A DNA stretch of 50,002 nucleotides, counting the filler, from Jimgerdemannia flammicorona (lineage: Eukaryota): NCBI GenBank assembly GCA_003990765.1. It is 2 parts of 2 records of this genome, joined end to end, with 100 filler letters (N's around TTAATTAATTAA, not from the genome) between each part and the next. Parts side by side here need not be neighbours in the genome. Positions count along the whole stretch, not along the records: positions 1 to 24,953 come from RBNJ01000900.1; 1 more part is not named here. The stretch is one strand, 5' to 3'. Each line of letters opens with the position of its first letter. Position 1 is the first letter of the stretch. This document shows, one piece after another, positions 12,064-24,539 of this stretch. The notes beneath the pieces are model-generated. The model did no database searches. It was not told where the DNA came from and saw only the letters and a program-made list of their open reading frames with translations. Position numbers and translations under genes: made by a program.

Positions 12064-13427
12064 ATGATACCAAGTACAAGTAAATACAAGGAGGCTCCCA
12101 AACATAAAGGAATATTTGCTATTACTGCCTGTTGATATGATATTACCCAAATATAAATGAGTATCTGCCATTACTATCTATCTACAAAATACTACTACCT
12201 CTTCTAGTAAATGTATGAAAGTATCTACATCTAAATACAAAAGAGCATCTGCTATTACTGCCTATCTACAAGATACTACCACCTCTTCTAGTGAATATAT
12301 AAAAGTACCTATACTCAAATACAAAAGAGCATCTGCTATTACTATCTATCTACAAGATACCACCACCTCTTCTAGTGAATATATGAAGGTATCTGCTACT
12401 ACTAAACACCAAAAGATACTAGCCAATACTACTCACCCACATAGTGCTGCTACTTCTTTGGGTATTATTATCAATCTGACCAATGAGCTGCAAGAAGTAT
12501 ATGAACCAGTCATAGAGCTATCTACTGTTGATGAACTAGCAGTTGATTTTATTATGAAAAGGCTCTCATATCTCATTGAAAGACTGGTCAGATGGAAATT
12601 CAACCCTAGGGTGGTCATCAGAAAATACTTGGCTGATGGAGTTGTGATCTATAATAATCATTAGACACTGCTCCATGAAGCACTTTACTAGGAGATCTCC
12701 AACTAGTTGGGATCTTTATCACTGATCTCAAGGCCAATATCAATCTGCAGAGATATGACAAAATGACACCACTACATGTTGCAGTAGAGAGTAATTATCC
12801 TGAGGTTGTGTGAATACTCTGTGCTTAATTCCATACTGATACTGAAATTCAGAATTCATTAAATAAAACAGCATTATAGCTGACAATATATAAAAGACAC
12901 CCTGAGATAATGCAAATACTCTATAATGAGGTTGGGGCTATACAAGAAGAACTTATTTGGGAATATATGTGGAGGCAGTCTCAATATATTTAAGATTATA
13001 GTGACTGAGTTTGGTATTGATGTCAATGAATGGTGGGGAGATATAACTCTATTGCATGAGGCAGCTACTTGAGGTTTATTTGTCTTTGTCGAAATACTTA
13101 TCAATTATGATACTGATGTTAATGTAAGGACACCATCAAGTGAATTCACCCCTCTACATATCATATGTGAAAATTACATAAGATGTACTAAGACAGATAA
13201 GATTGTAATTGCCAGGATCCTTATAGAGGCTGGTGCAGATGTGAATGCAAGGAATAAGTTGGGTAGAAACTGCAGTACAATCTAATAACATATATCTTAT
13301 AATATATCTCATTAATGAGTATAAGGCAGATACTAGTATCAGATTATACAATGGTCTGAAGCTATTTGATTTAGCTCAAACAAAAGTAATGGCAAATCTA
13401 TTTCCAGAGATTGCCAGTGACAGATAG
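12064..13427 (+). pseudogene. Second degenerate ankyrin-repeat gene (paralog of 2521-5516)
   Basis: 84-bp N-terminal repeats (KYKRASAITAYLQDTTTSSSEY..). Same pre-ankyrin cap (ELAVDFIMKRLSYLIERLVRWKFNPRVVI). Ankyrin motifs TLLHEA, TPLHVAVE, TPLHI, EAGADVNA. Confidence 0.8.
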
Positions 13428-14120
13428 TTAGGATAACTACATTATTTTATTAAATTAAACCTACCACAATATACTATCATGAGATTACTGAGATTTTAAT
13501 ATATATGAAATTGTTTACAAATAAGATAAAAATACCAAAATTTATAAATATAATTCAAAGAATTACCTGTTCCATGTTTTTATACTATTATGTTGAAAAA
13601 TAGATAATGGAAATTCTAGCAGCAATTATAACATTTGGTGGATGGCTACCTATAAGTACAGTATAATTTAGAGTGGTCTTGTATATGTTTTAACTTTGGA
13701 CAATACCTTTATAAGATCAAGGTGACTCTATAACTCTGCAGAGAGATACTTATCAAATAATATTACAGATCCAGAATTTGCTATTGACATTGAGTTGCAA
13801 ATTTATAAGCTATTAAAAGTTGCTTCTAGTGCTCTTTACCAAATTGAAATTTAATGTATTGTTAGTAATTTCTACCCACCCTACAAATTCATTTGAACAT
13901 TACCAAATTCTGCCCACCCTCAACAAAATTTAAATTTGGCCCCACTCTCAACAAATTGAAATTTGGGAGTAAAACCTGAATTGACTATATCACTAATAAT
14001 ACTTAGAGAAAAGAAGCTTTAAATAATGATAAAAATATTTAAAAGATTACTTCTCATATCAATAGATGGAAATTTTAGCAAGTATGTTCATTTCAGAGAT
14101 TACTGATGATAGATAGTACA

Positions 14121-15634
14121 TATAATAGTGACCCCAGAATGATGACATCAGCACAGGAGATAGCCTTTCCTTGCAAGCCACCAGATCGAAGCACAAGAAG
14201 ATCATATGGCATACAAGATGAGCAATGATGACCAACTGTGAGTTATTGTGACCATAGTATGGATATCTTGAAGAATATAAAAGAAGGATCAAGGAACCAC
14301 AGTAGCAGCAACCAACAAGACCCACCAATCCCAAAATAGCTCAAAGACTTACCACAAATGAAATGCCTGCTGCTTGCCAAACCTCAAGATCAAGGAACCA
14401 CCAAGGCACCTCAGTCAAAGAAAGGATGTTCTAAGAGATCAGAAGAGCCATAAGGACCTACTCAAGAAGGACTCCTAGTATCAACCTGGGTACTGGTAAC
14501 TCTTATCATTATATTCTCTACCACTATGAAATGGAAACAAGGATCACTATTGCTATCAAATACCTCCAAATGTGGCAGGAGTATGAAATAGAAAACCTTC
14601 TCTGCTGGGAGTTCCCACAGGCCAGCCCTCAAGAGCTATAAGATACTACTTCCATAGATATATGCAAAATAAGAACAGCTAAGAAGATCCATCAGATCTT
14701 TAGGTATGTACTATAGTTGATCCCCAACTTGGAGTATGTTAGAGTCTCAGACTTCAGAGACCTGTCAGCCCACCATATCAATGCACTAGAAGCCAGAGTG
14801 GCTACAGAAGCCCAGTCCACTATCACTCTCAATAGTGATGAAGTAGAAGACTTCTGGCATCCCATCCTCCAGGACAACCCAGACTAATTTCTGCAAGGAT
14901 TGATCTCAGTATTCTAAGGCCAAGCATCCAGGTTAGACCTCTCTAAGATCCCACATTTGTCCCCTATTTCATAGAAGAGAACCTCATAGACTGGAGAGCT
15001 CCAGACCTCCTTGTTCCTGCCACCACTGAACATGATGACATTATTGGCAATGACATCATCTCATGTGATCTATGTGATGATGATGAATTCACAGACCTCA
15101 TCTCCTTTGAAGACATCCTGATCTCTAATGAGGATGAAGCTCCTATAGTCTTGAACATTCTGCTCTAAGTCTCTTGGTGATACTGAATTATGCCAGCACC
15201 AGTATTCTGATATGATACTGAATTATTCCAGCACTATTTTCCTGTACCACCAAAATTATACCAGCATCCTGAACCTATGCAACCATCAGTGCCAACACTG
15301 GAACTTAGCAGTTTTCTCTGTTCTGGTATTTTATTTTAGTTATTGGAATTTATATTTAGCTTTATATCTTAGCAATCATTGACTTATATTTTGTATAAAT
15401 ACCCCTCTTATTTCCTCTGAAATAAAGTCAGTCTACTTAGTGCAATACACACAATTCCTTGAAAGCAATCTAAAGAGATAACAAGATAGTTTAAAGATAA
15501 GAAGTTTGAGGACTATAAGATCTTGGGAAGGTACTCCAATAAGAACTTGCTTATAACAAACTTGAGTTAGTCTAAGAGATACACCTTGAAGAGAATCTGA
15601 TATATTTGGAGAACTCAGTGACCATTACATGACA
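14121..15634 (+). repeat. 5' LTR (1514 bp)
   Basis: TATAATAGTG (=TGTAACAGTG)...CATGACA; colinear with 21343-22857. Confidence 0.95.
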
Positions 15635-15754
15635 ACTTTGTGCCCATTGGCTAGTGATTCAAGACGAATCCCTCACTTTCAAGCTGAAAAACAAACAACT
15701 ACCACAACAACTACTCTGACTACAAGAGTCACCCCTGCAAGAATTCAAGATAAG

Positions 15755-17082
15755 ATGGAAATACATCTCTCCACATTCTATAAATATACTACTGAAGAGT
15801 CAATCCTGACCTTCATTGAAGACTTTGAACAATTTGCCACCATATGAGCCCTTGATATGAATGCACAATTGGCTCTTCTATCTGTCAGCCTCAGAGGACC
15901 TGTCAGAGACAAGTTCAATACAGCCACTATTGCTGATAATGGTGCAGCCAAACTTGCCAACATGAAGGCCTTCTTCAGAACAATATACTATACTGAAGAG
16001 ATCAAGCAAGCTCTCAAGGATCAACTCAATACTATCTGCCAGGGACTCAGTGAAGATCCCAACTCATTCTATACCCAAATATGTCACCAGATTATCTTGG
16101 CTGGCTATGATAATGCCCTCAAGGAACAAATAGCAGATTCAACCTTTCTCAAAGGAGTTCACCCTAAAATTGCCCTAGCAATCTGGTCTATCCTAGCTGC
16201 ACTGACCCTTGATCAGAAAGTGGTCCTTGTACAGAGATATTGGACTGCCAGACACTCTGCCAAACACTCAATAGAGAAAATAACTGGCATCAAGATGGAG
16301 CCATCAAAGTCAACTAGTATCATACCCGCTACAGTTGTAAACAGACAACCATCCTCACCTATCCCCAAGACAACCCAGTGGAAGAACTCACTAAGTAGTT
16401 TGCCAAGATGACTGCACACCTTAGTGATGTTGTTAGAGAAGTCTGAAGCACCAACAGGAGACCAGTGCAGAGATTTGCAGCTGCTACAGAAGAACATAAT
16501 ATCACATGCTTCAGATGTAAAGAAGAAGGCCACTATACAAAGAGTTGCATGACTGAAACAAGACACAAAGCTCAACCAAGCAATGCTAGCAGAACCAGAG
16601 AACAAACCAATACAGTAGTCATCGAGGAGATTGGTGATACTGATGATGAAGAATACTACAGAGAGCTTAAATTCTACTCTACTACTGAAGGTACCAGAAC
16701 TCAGTCCAAGCCTTATGACAAGAAGAGCAACAGAAAGCCAGTTGGAAGATCAAAGAAGACTCCAGCTATCACTATTCAAAGTAAGACCCAACCTGAGGAG
16801 ATTGATCAAGATATGGAGTTAGATGAAGCTGCCCAACAAATCATTGAAGGTACTACTCTAGTCTTGGAAGAAAGCAAAAGCAAGAAGGAACAGAAGCTGT
16901 GTAAGACCAAGATCCACCAGTATGATAACTACAAGAACTTCAAGGAACAGAAGGTCAATGCTACTTTTAGACAGCTAGCTGAAGTCCCTGCCTTCAGACA
17001 GCAGTTGAGAGTAAGACTTATAACTACTACCAAGAATCAAGAGTATAAGATTGTAGAAGCTCAATGTATAGAAAGAATCTGA
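15755..17082 (+). pseudogene. gag: Gypsy gag with CCHC zinc knuckle
   Basis: LSTFY..EESILTFIEDFE; ICQGLSEDPNSFY..I; FLKGV; CFRCKEEGHYTKSC at ~16507; one frameshift near 16400. Confidence 0.88.
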
Positions 17083-17149
17083 AAACTCAGATGAAGAATC
17101 CAAAAACTTAGGTGAAGAATCCAAAGACCAGCACAAGACATCAGCCTAT

Positions 17150-17500
17150 ACTCCATATCAGATCAAAGATTGTATCTTTGATGCCATCATTGATACCAGT
17201 GTTGGAGGATGCCTCATGAGCAAGAAAGCAATTGACTGCTTAGGCTAGAATATTGAAGAGTCTACCAAGATGGTCAATGTTACAGTAGATAGTACATGAG
17301 CTACCCCTCTTGGCAAAATCCAAGAGGTCCCCATCAAGATAGGAGGAGCTACCATTCCAGTAGATGTGATTGTTACAAGTGCCACTAACTATAACATCCT
17401 CACTGGCAACCAATGGCTTCACAAGGCCAAGACCATCATTGACCTCAATACCCAGAAGATGCAGATCAACTATAGAGGAAGAAAGGTATGAGTTTCTATC
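17150..17500 (+). pseudogene. Gypsy aspartic protease
   Basis: FDAIIDTSVGG (DTG mutated to DTS) and ILTGNQWL. Confidence 0.85.
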
Positions 17501-17856
17501 AATGTTCATAAAGAAGTCCTACCAGACATAGAGAAGGAGATGAAGAGGATACAGAAGTCTTCATACACTTGGTAAATAAGAACAAGAACAAGAACAAGAC
17601 ACTCAAGCTCACAGATGAGCAGTGGTATAACAAGATCATCAATGGCTATGCCCCTCAAGAAAGATGCCCCCATGGTACTAGGATATACTGCTCTGAACAC
17701 CTGAATGACTGCTGGTCCTGTATTAGTGAAGTCAGGAAAATCTGCCAACAGAAGCATGAGTAAGAAGCCACTAAAGCAAAAAAGAAAGCCAAAGAAGATG
17801 ACCAGCCTCCAGAGCTTCAAGCTGACAGTGATGATGAGGAGGAATAAGAATCAGAC

Positions 17857-18270
17857 ATCACCCTCAAGGTCAAGAAGTTTTACCCCAAAGCCAAGATCCC
17901 AGAATACAAGACTGAAGGAGTCATAGGAATGGACCTTGCCAGCATTCAAGATGCTACCCTTGAACCACAGACCACCACCCTACTTGGCACTGGAATTGGA
18001 GTCAAGCTGCCAGAGAACTATGCCAGAATTATCAAGACCAGGAGCAGTCTGGCCAAAAGTGAAATCTCAGTTGAAGGAGGAGTAATTAACCCTGATTATA
18101 CTGGCAAGATCTTCCTCATAGTTAAGAATCACAACCCCACCACCCCATCTGAAGTCAAGAAGCATGATAGGATTGGCCAGATGCTGATCCATGAAATCAA
18201 GAAGCCTAAGATCACTGAAGCCATTAAACTCATCAAGATCAAGAGAGGAGAACAAGGCTTTGAATCTACT
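17857..18270 (+). pseudogene. dut: Trimeric dUTPase domain in pol, between PR and RT
   Basis: Motifs GMDL, RSSLA, GGVINPDYTG, RIGQM and RGEQGFEST. Confidence 0.92.
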
Positions 18271-18419
18271 AGAAGAGGAGCTTACACTGCTACCAAGATT
18301 ACTGAACTTGAGCACAAGAAAGATAGAGACCAGAATAAGCACATATATACCATTGGAGAAAACTTTCCCCTGGAAGAACAACTTCTCAAGATCCTGTACC
18401 AGAATGAAGGAGTACTTGC

Positions 18420-21033
18420 TACAGACTTCAGGGATATCCATAATCAAGAACCCAAGTATTATCATGAAGTTTACACTGGCAATATCAAGCCCATCTACCA
18501 AAAAGCCAGACCCATACCACCTGTCTACAGAGAATGGCTGCAAGCAGAACTCAAGGAAATGAAAGAAGCCAGAATCATCAAGCAAGCTATCAGTCCCTGG
18601 GCTTCACCTATTGTCCTCACCCTAAAGAAAGAAAGCAAGCCTGGAGAGTTTGTGCCAAGACTCTGTATTGACTACAGGAAGCTCAATGCCATCACTAAGA
18701 AGGATAGGCAGCTCTTGCCAAATATTTAAGAAATCCTTACTACTCTAGAAAGTGAAGCCAAATACTACACCACCTTGGATCTGTTCTCAGGCTTCCATCA
18801 GATTGGTCTCACTCAAGATGCCAGTGAGAAATCAGCCTTCATCACACCTGATGCCACCTATATCTACCTGCAAATACCATTTGGAATATACAATGCCCCA
18901 GCAAGCTTTCAGCAAATGATGAACAGAGTCTTCAGCAATGAGATTGGAAAATAGCTCTTTGTCTATGTTGACAATATGATCATCTTTAGCAATACTGTAT
19001 GAGAACATATCAATTACATACAGCTAGCCCTCAAGAAGCTCAAGGAGCATGGCCTCTACATCAAGCCCAATAAATGTAAGTTTGCAGCTCAGGAAATTGC
19101 CTACCTAGGATACCTCATCAACCAGATCAGAATCTACACAGATCCCATGAAGATTGAGGCTGTTGCAGTCTATCCAAGACCCAGAACAACTACAGAAGTC
19201 CATGCCTTCCTTGGACTGGCCAGCTACTACAGAAGATTTATCAAAGAATACTCTAACATTGCAGTACCTATCTATGAGCTACTGAAGAAGGAGACAAAAT
19301 TTGAATAGACCAAGGAATGCTAAGAAACCTTTAATGAACTCAAGACCAGGTTGACCCAAGCACTTATCCTCAGAAGACTAGATTGGAACCTAGAGTTCAT
19401 CCTGCAGATAGATGCAAATACTATAGGACTTGGAGCAGTCCTAGCTCAGAAGAAAGATGGATATGAATATGTCATCTCCTATACAAGCTGAGGTACCCAT
19501 GGAGCAGAACAGAATTACGAGTCATGCAAGCTCAAATGCTTAGCAGTAGTATGGGCTGTAGACAAGTTCCACTACTACCTAGCTAGGAAACACTTCACCA
19601 TTCAAACAGACCATTCTGCTCTTGCCTGACTATTCCACACTCTGAACTCCAAAGGAATATATGTCAGATAGATCTACAGGCTGCAAGAGTATGACTGTAC
19701 TGTCAAGCACTACTCAGAAAGAACTAATACCAATACTGATGCACTCTCAAGGACACCCCAAAACACCCCCATCAAGACTATTCAACATGAATAAGGAGTT
19801 ATACTAAGGATTAATCAGCTACCTTGGGCAGTAAAAGATGCTCAACCACCTTGAACCCTGGACAATCACTATCATCAACCAGACTTGGAAACAGTTTCAA
19901 CTAGACAATACTACACTCAGAAAAGGAGAAAAACTTGTAATATCTGAATATAAGAAGTATCATGTAATGGAGGAAGTACATGAACAAGGACACCTAGGAG
20001 GAACCAACATATATGACAAGGCAAAAAGAACCATATGGTGGTATAAGATGGAAGAAGACCTGTGCCAATTTGTCAAAGAGTGTAACAAGTGCCAAAAACA
20101 GAAACAAGATCAGCAAGACCAGATATCCGGGTCATCAAGAATTGAGCCTATCCTCTTCCACTATATTGCAATGGATATCATTGGGCTACTATCAGTAACA
20201 ATATCAGGAAACTACTATATTATAGTTATTGTAGACCTCTTTACTAAATGGATAGAAGCAGGAGCATTACAAGAAGCCAATGCCCTCTCTATAGCTGACT
20301 TCCTATACTGAGAAATTATCTGCTACTACAAGACACCAAAGCAATTCACTACAGACCATGGCACAGAATTTGTTAATGGATTCCATGAGATAATGTATCA
20401 GAAATACAAGATTCAGCACATCAAGACCACTGCATACCACTCTCAAGGAAATGGATAGACAGAAAGAATCAACAAGACTCTCAAGAACATTCTGGTGAAG
20501 ATCTCAGACACATATGAGAATTGGGATAACTACCTCCCAACTGCCCTCTCTGTCCTATGAGACATATGGTCACAGAGCACACACTTTACCCCAAGAGAAC
20601 TGCTCTTCAGAGAAGAAGATTCTGATGGAACCTCAGCTACAAATCTAGACCTAACTTGGAGATGGGTTAATGCAAAAATCCAGAGACTACACCAAATCAG
20701 GAAGAAGGCTGAAGATTACATCATCAAGTCACAAACGCTGATAAGAAAGAATATAGAAAAGAATCACAAGACCCTAGAACCCATCCAAATTGGAGAAAAG
20801 GTCTTACTGTATCAAAATATGGTAGAGGCCTCATGGTCACAAAAACTGGAGCCCAAATGGAAAGGACCCTTCTATATGCAAGATAAAAGGGAACTACCTT
20901 CTGGCTTAGAAAAATCTCAGAGACCATACTGCCTACCATGATATACAAAAACAGACTCAAGAAGTACCATGAACCTATACAAGAGAAGCAAAACATAATG
21001 ACTGCCCATGAGGTTCTAGTCTACGAATCATAA
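18420..21033 (+). pseudogene. pol: Gypsy RT, RNase H and integrase
   Basis: SPWASPIV, LCIDYRKLN, LDLFSGFHQI, PFGIYNAPASFQ, VYVDNMIIFS; ILQIDAN..GLGAVL, TDHSAL, NTNTDALSR; HEQGHLG..CNKCQ, MDIIG, VDLFTKW, TDHGTEF, GNG*TERIN, KWKGPF. Stop at 21031-21033. Confidence 0.95.
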
Positions 21034-21044
21034 CAGTATGTCCC

Positions 21045-22391
21045 ATGACCAGCAGGCTATCTGTCTGGACCATTCTCTAAGAGATACAGTACCAGCAACT
21101 ACTCATCCATGAGACTTTTGAAGCTAGAGGAGTTTGAACCATCAACTGATTGATCAAGATCAGAATCAGGCCCTTGCTCTATATGAAGGGAGTGACCCTT
21201 CACTATCACACCAAAATATATAGAGAAGCAGCCTATAAACACTCTTTTCGACCCCCTTGTCAGAGGTTATGGGATTAGCAAATTTTTCAGGACTAGACTA
21301 ATGAATAAAGATGCTCAAGAAGATTCTTATTCAGGAGGAAGATGTAACAGTGACCCCAGAATAATGACATCAGCACAGGAGACAGCCTTTTCTTGCAAGC
21401 CACCAGATCAGAGTATAAGAAGATCATATGGCATATAAGATGAGCAATGATGACCAACTGTAAGTCATTGTAACCACAGTATGGGTATCTTGAGGAATAT
21501 AAAAAAAGAATCAAGGAATTGCAGTAGCAGCAACCAACAAGACCTATCAATCCCAAAATAGCTTAAAGACTTACTACAAATGAAATGCCTACTGCTTGCC
21601 AAACCTCAAGATCAAGGAACTACCAAGGCACCTCAGTCGAAGAAAGGATGTTCCAAGACATCAGAAGAACTATGAGGACCCACTCAAGAAGGACTCCTAG
21701 TGTTAACCTGGGTACTGGTAATTCTTATCATTATATTCTCTATCACCATGAAATGGAAACAAGGATCACTATTGCTACCAAATACCTCTAAATGTGGCAG
21801 GAGTATGAAATAGGAAACCTCCTCTGCTGGGAGTTCCCACAGGCCAGCCCTCAAGAGCTATAAGATACCACTCCCATAGATATATGCAAAACAAGGACAG
21901 CTAAGAAGATCCATCAGATCTTCAGGCATGCACTATGGTCAATCCCCAACTTGGAGTATATTAGAGTCTCAGACTTCAGAGACCTGTCAGCCTGCCATAT
22001 CAATATACTAGAAGCCAGGGTGGCTACAGAAGCCCAGTTTACTATCACCCTCAATAGTGATGAAGTAGAAGACTTCTGGCATCTCATCCTCCAGGACAAC
22101 CCAGACCAATTCCTGCAAGGATTGATCTCAGTATTCCAAGGCCCAAGCATCCAGGTTAGACCTCTTCAAGACCCCACATTTGTCCCCTATTTTGTGGAAG
22201 AGAACCTCATAAACTGGAGAGCTCCAGATCTCCTTATTCCTGCTGCTGCTAAATGTGATGATGTCATCAGCAATGATGTCATCCCATGTGACCTATGCAA
22301 TGATGACAAATTCATAGACCTTATCTCCTTCAAAGACATCCTGACCTCTAATGAGGATGAAGCCTCTATGGTCTTGAACATTCTGCTCTAA
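21045..22391 (+). pseudogene. Accessory ORF3 (~448 codons) in the env position, extending into the 3' LTR; unknown function
   Basis: Single frame from ATG 21045 to TAA 22391, which includes ORFs 21585 and 21951. Several stops are CAA in another LTR copy. Indels between LTR copies mostly preserve frame. Confidence 0.65.
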
Positions 22392-22857
22392 GTCTCTTGG
22401 TGATACTGAATTATACCAGCACTGGTATTCTGATGTGACACTGAATTATTCCAGCACTATTTTCCTATACCACCAAAATTATACCAGCATCCTGAACCTG
22501 TGCAACCATTAGTGCTGATATTAGAACTTAGCAGTTTTCCCTGTCCTGGTATTTTATTTTAGTTATTGGAATTTATATTTAGCTTTATATCTTAGCAACC
22601 ATTGAATTATATTTTGTATAAATACCCCTCTTATTTCCTCTGAAATAAAGTCAGTCTACTCAGTGCAATATACATAATTCCTTGCAAGCAATCTAAAGAG
22701 ATAACAAGACAGTTTAAAGATAAGAAGTTTGAGGACTATAAGATCTTGGGAAGGTACTCTAATAAGAACTTACTTATAACAAACTTGAGTTAGTCTAAGA
22801 GATATACCTTGAAGAGAATCTGATGTATTTGGAGGACTCAGTGATCACTATGTGACA
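21343..22857 (+). repeat. 3' LTR (1515 bp)
   Basis: TGTAACAGTG...TATGTGACA, immediately after the PPT. Confidence 0.95.
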
Positions 22858-23899
22858 ATAGTTAGGATAACTATATTATTTTGTTGGATTAAACCTATTA
22901 CAAATATACTATTATAAGATTACTAAGATTTTGATATATATATATGAAATTATTAAAATTCTTAAATATAATTTAAATAATTAATTGTTTTATGTTTTGT
23001 ACTATTATATTAAAAATAGATGAACCATTTTGTATAAGAGTGATTCAGTCACCAAGATCCTTTAGAGAATCCCTCCTTACATATATATCAATTTATTAAG
23101 CTAATAAAAGCTAGTGCCAAAAAGTTTAGTCAATATCATATAGTTAGACTGTTTTATTTAATATCAAAATGTACTCAGGATTACTGTAAAAAGAATGAAA
23201 TTATACTGAGTGATAAAGCCAAACACACATATATATTTATAGATTCAATGTTACTATATGTAATATCTATCACTCCAGAGTTCTGATGACTATACTGATT
23301 TGGTTATTGGCTGTTAATATAAGTGCTGCTGTCAGTAGATTGGAAACTGACATAGGTGCAAGATATTTCTAAAGCAAGTGTGGTGGAAGACAAGAAATAA
23401 GAAACTGGCATTATATATTTTGTGAATAAAGTCATATATCCAGATAGGTATAACTGCTTTTCAATGTCTAGCTTAGACTAACTTCCTTGAGACATGATGT
23501 TCCAATAAATTAAATGTAAAACTAAGGTGAGACTTTATATTTTAGCAATAGAATTTATGATTAATATATTTTAGAATAGCAAAGAATACTATTTATTTAA
23601 CTGCCTTAACCTGAGGACCCTTTTTGATCATAGAGATCACACCAGCTTATATATTATTCTTGAGTGGACTTCATTAAAATACTCCTTAGAGAGCTTATAA
23701 GAACAAGTACTCATCCACTGAAAGTGGTGTGAGGAAATATTAGCCTTCTTTTTAAAATATATTGAGCATCATATGTACTAGATAGCTAGATATTGTTGCT
23801 TTTGTTATTGCTTTTGCCATTACTCTTGCCATTGCTTCTACTTAATTCAATGTTACTACCCAACATGAGTGATCTCTTTAAGTATCAAAAAATCCTCTT

Positions 23900-24539
23900 A
23901 ATGGCACTCTAATGTGAATTATTATAGTAGGAGGAGTATTGCACCATCTTATTCATAGAATATGATATATGTATCAGGTCTTATTCCTAATATGAGATAT
24001 ATGAGAGAGCCAACTACTTGCTGATAGGGAATATTGTTGGTACTGTTCTTAGTGAGCATATTGTTGTCATCCTTAGGAGTAGTATCAGGCTTCCTTAATT
24101 TCATAGAAGTATTTATAAGAGTACTGATGGGCTTGCAATCACTCATATTAAATTATTCCAAAATGGCTTTGGCATATATTTCTTGTGAGAGGTATATGGT
24201 ATATGTATTCCTGTCATATATAATGGATATCCCCAAAAGGAAGGACACATCACCCATATTAGTCATCTTGAATTCTCAGTATAGAGTTTCCTTTACTCTG
24301 TTAAGCCTATTCTTATTGGCTATGATGATTATATCATCAATCCATATGCCAATAAATACTATGCCATTATCATAATATACAATTGTCTACTTTACAATAC
24401 TTGAATCCATTTAAGGAGATATTTATCAATTCTTTTATTCTATAGGCATACTGCTTGCTTAATACTATATAGTCTTTTATATAGTCTATATATAAGCTTG
24501 CTGTTCTGGTTGTCATATAGTTTATATCCTTATAGTCAG
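23900..24539 (-). mobile_element. Ty1/Copia RT fragment, highly degenerate
   Basis: KRLYSIKQA..*NKRID (=LYGLKQA), FIGIWIDDIII, KMTNMGDVSFLLGI, PYQQVVGSLIYLILGIRPD. Confidence 0.85.

Larger units (their letters stand above)
14121..22857 (+). mobile_element. Full-length degenerate Ty3/Gypsy LTR retrotransposon (8.74 kb): gag-PR-(CHCC)-dUTPase-RT-RNaseH-IN-ORF3
   Basis: Two ~1.5-kb LTRs, PPT AGGAGGAAGA (21333-21342), Gypsy domain order, and a probable ATAGT TSD (14113-14117 / 22858-22862, left copy offset by 3 nt). Confidence 0.95.

Noticed and set aside
15635..15660. tRNA primer-binding site after the 5' LTR
   Set aside because: ACTTTGTGCCCATTGG does not give a confident TGG-initiated tRNA match by eye; left unassigned.
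21045..22391. ORF3 as a true envelope glycoprotein
   Set aside because: No signal peptide or transmembrane anchor is visible; kept only as an unknown accessory ORF.
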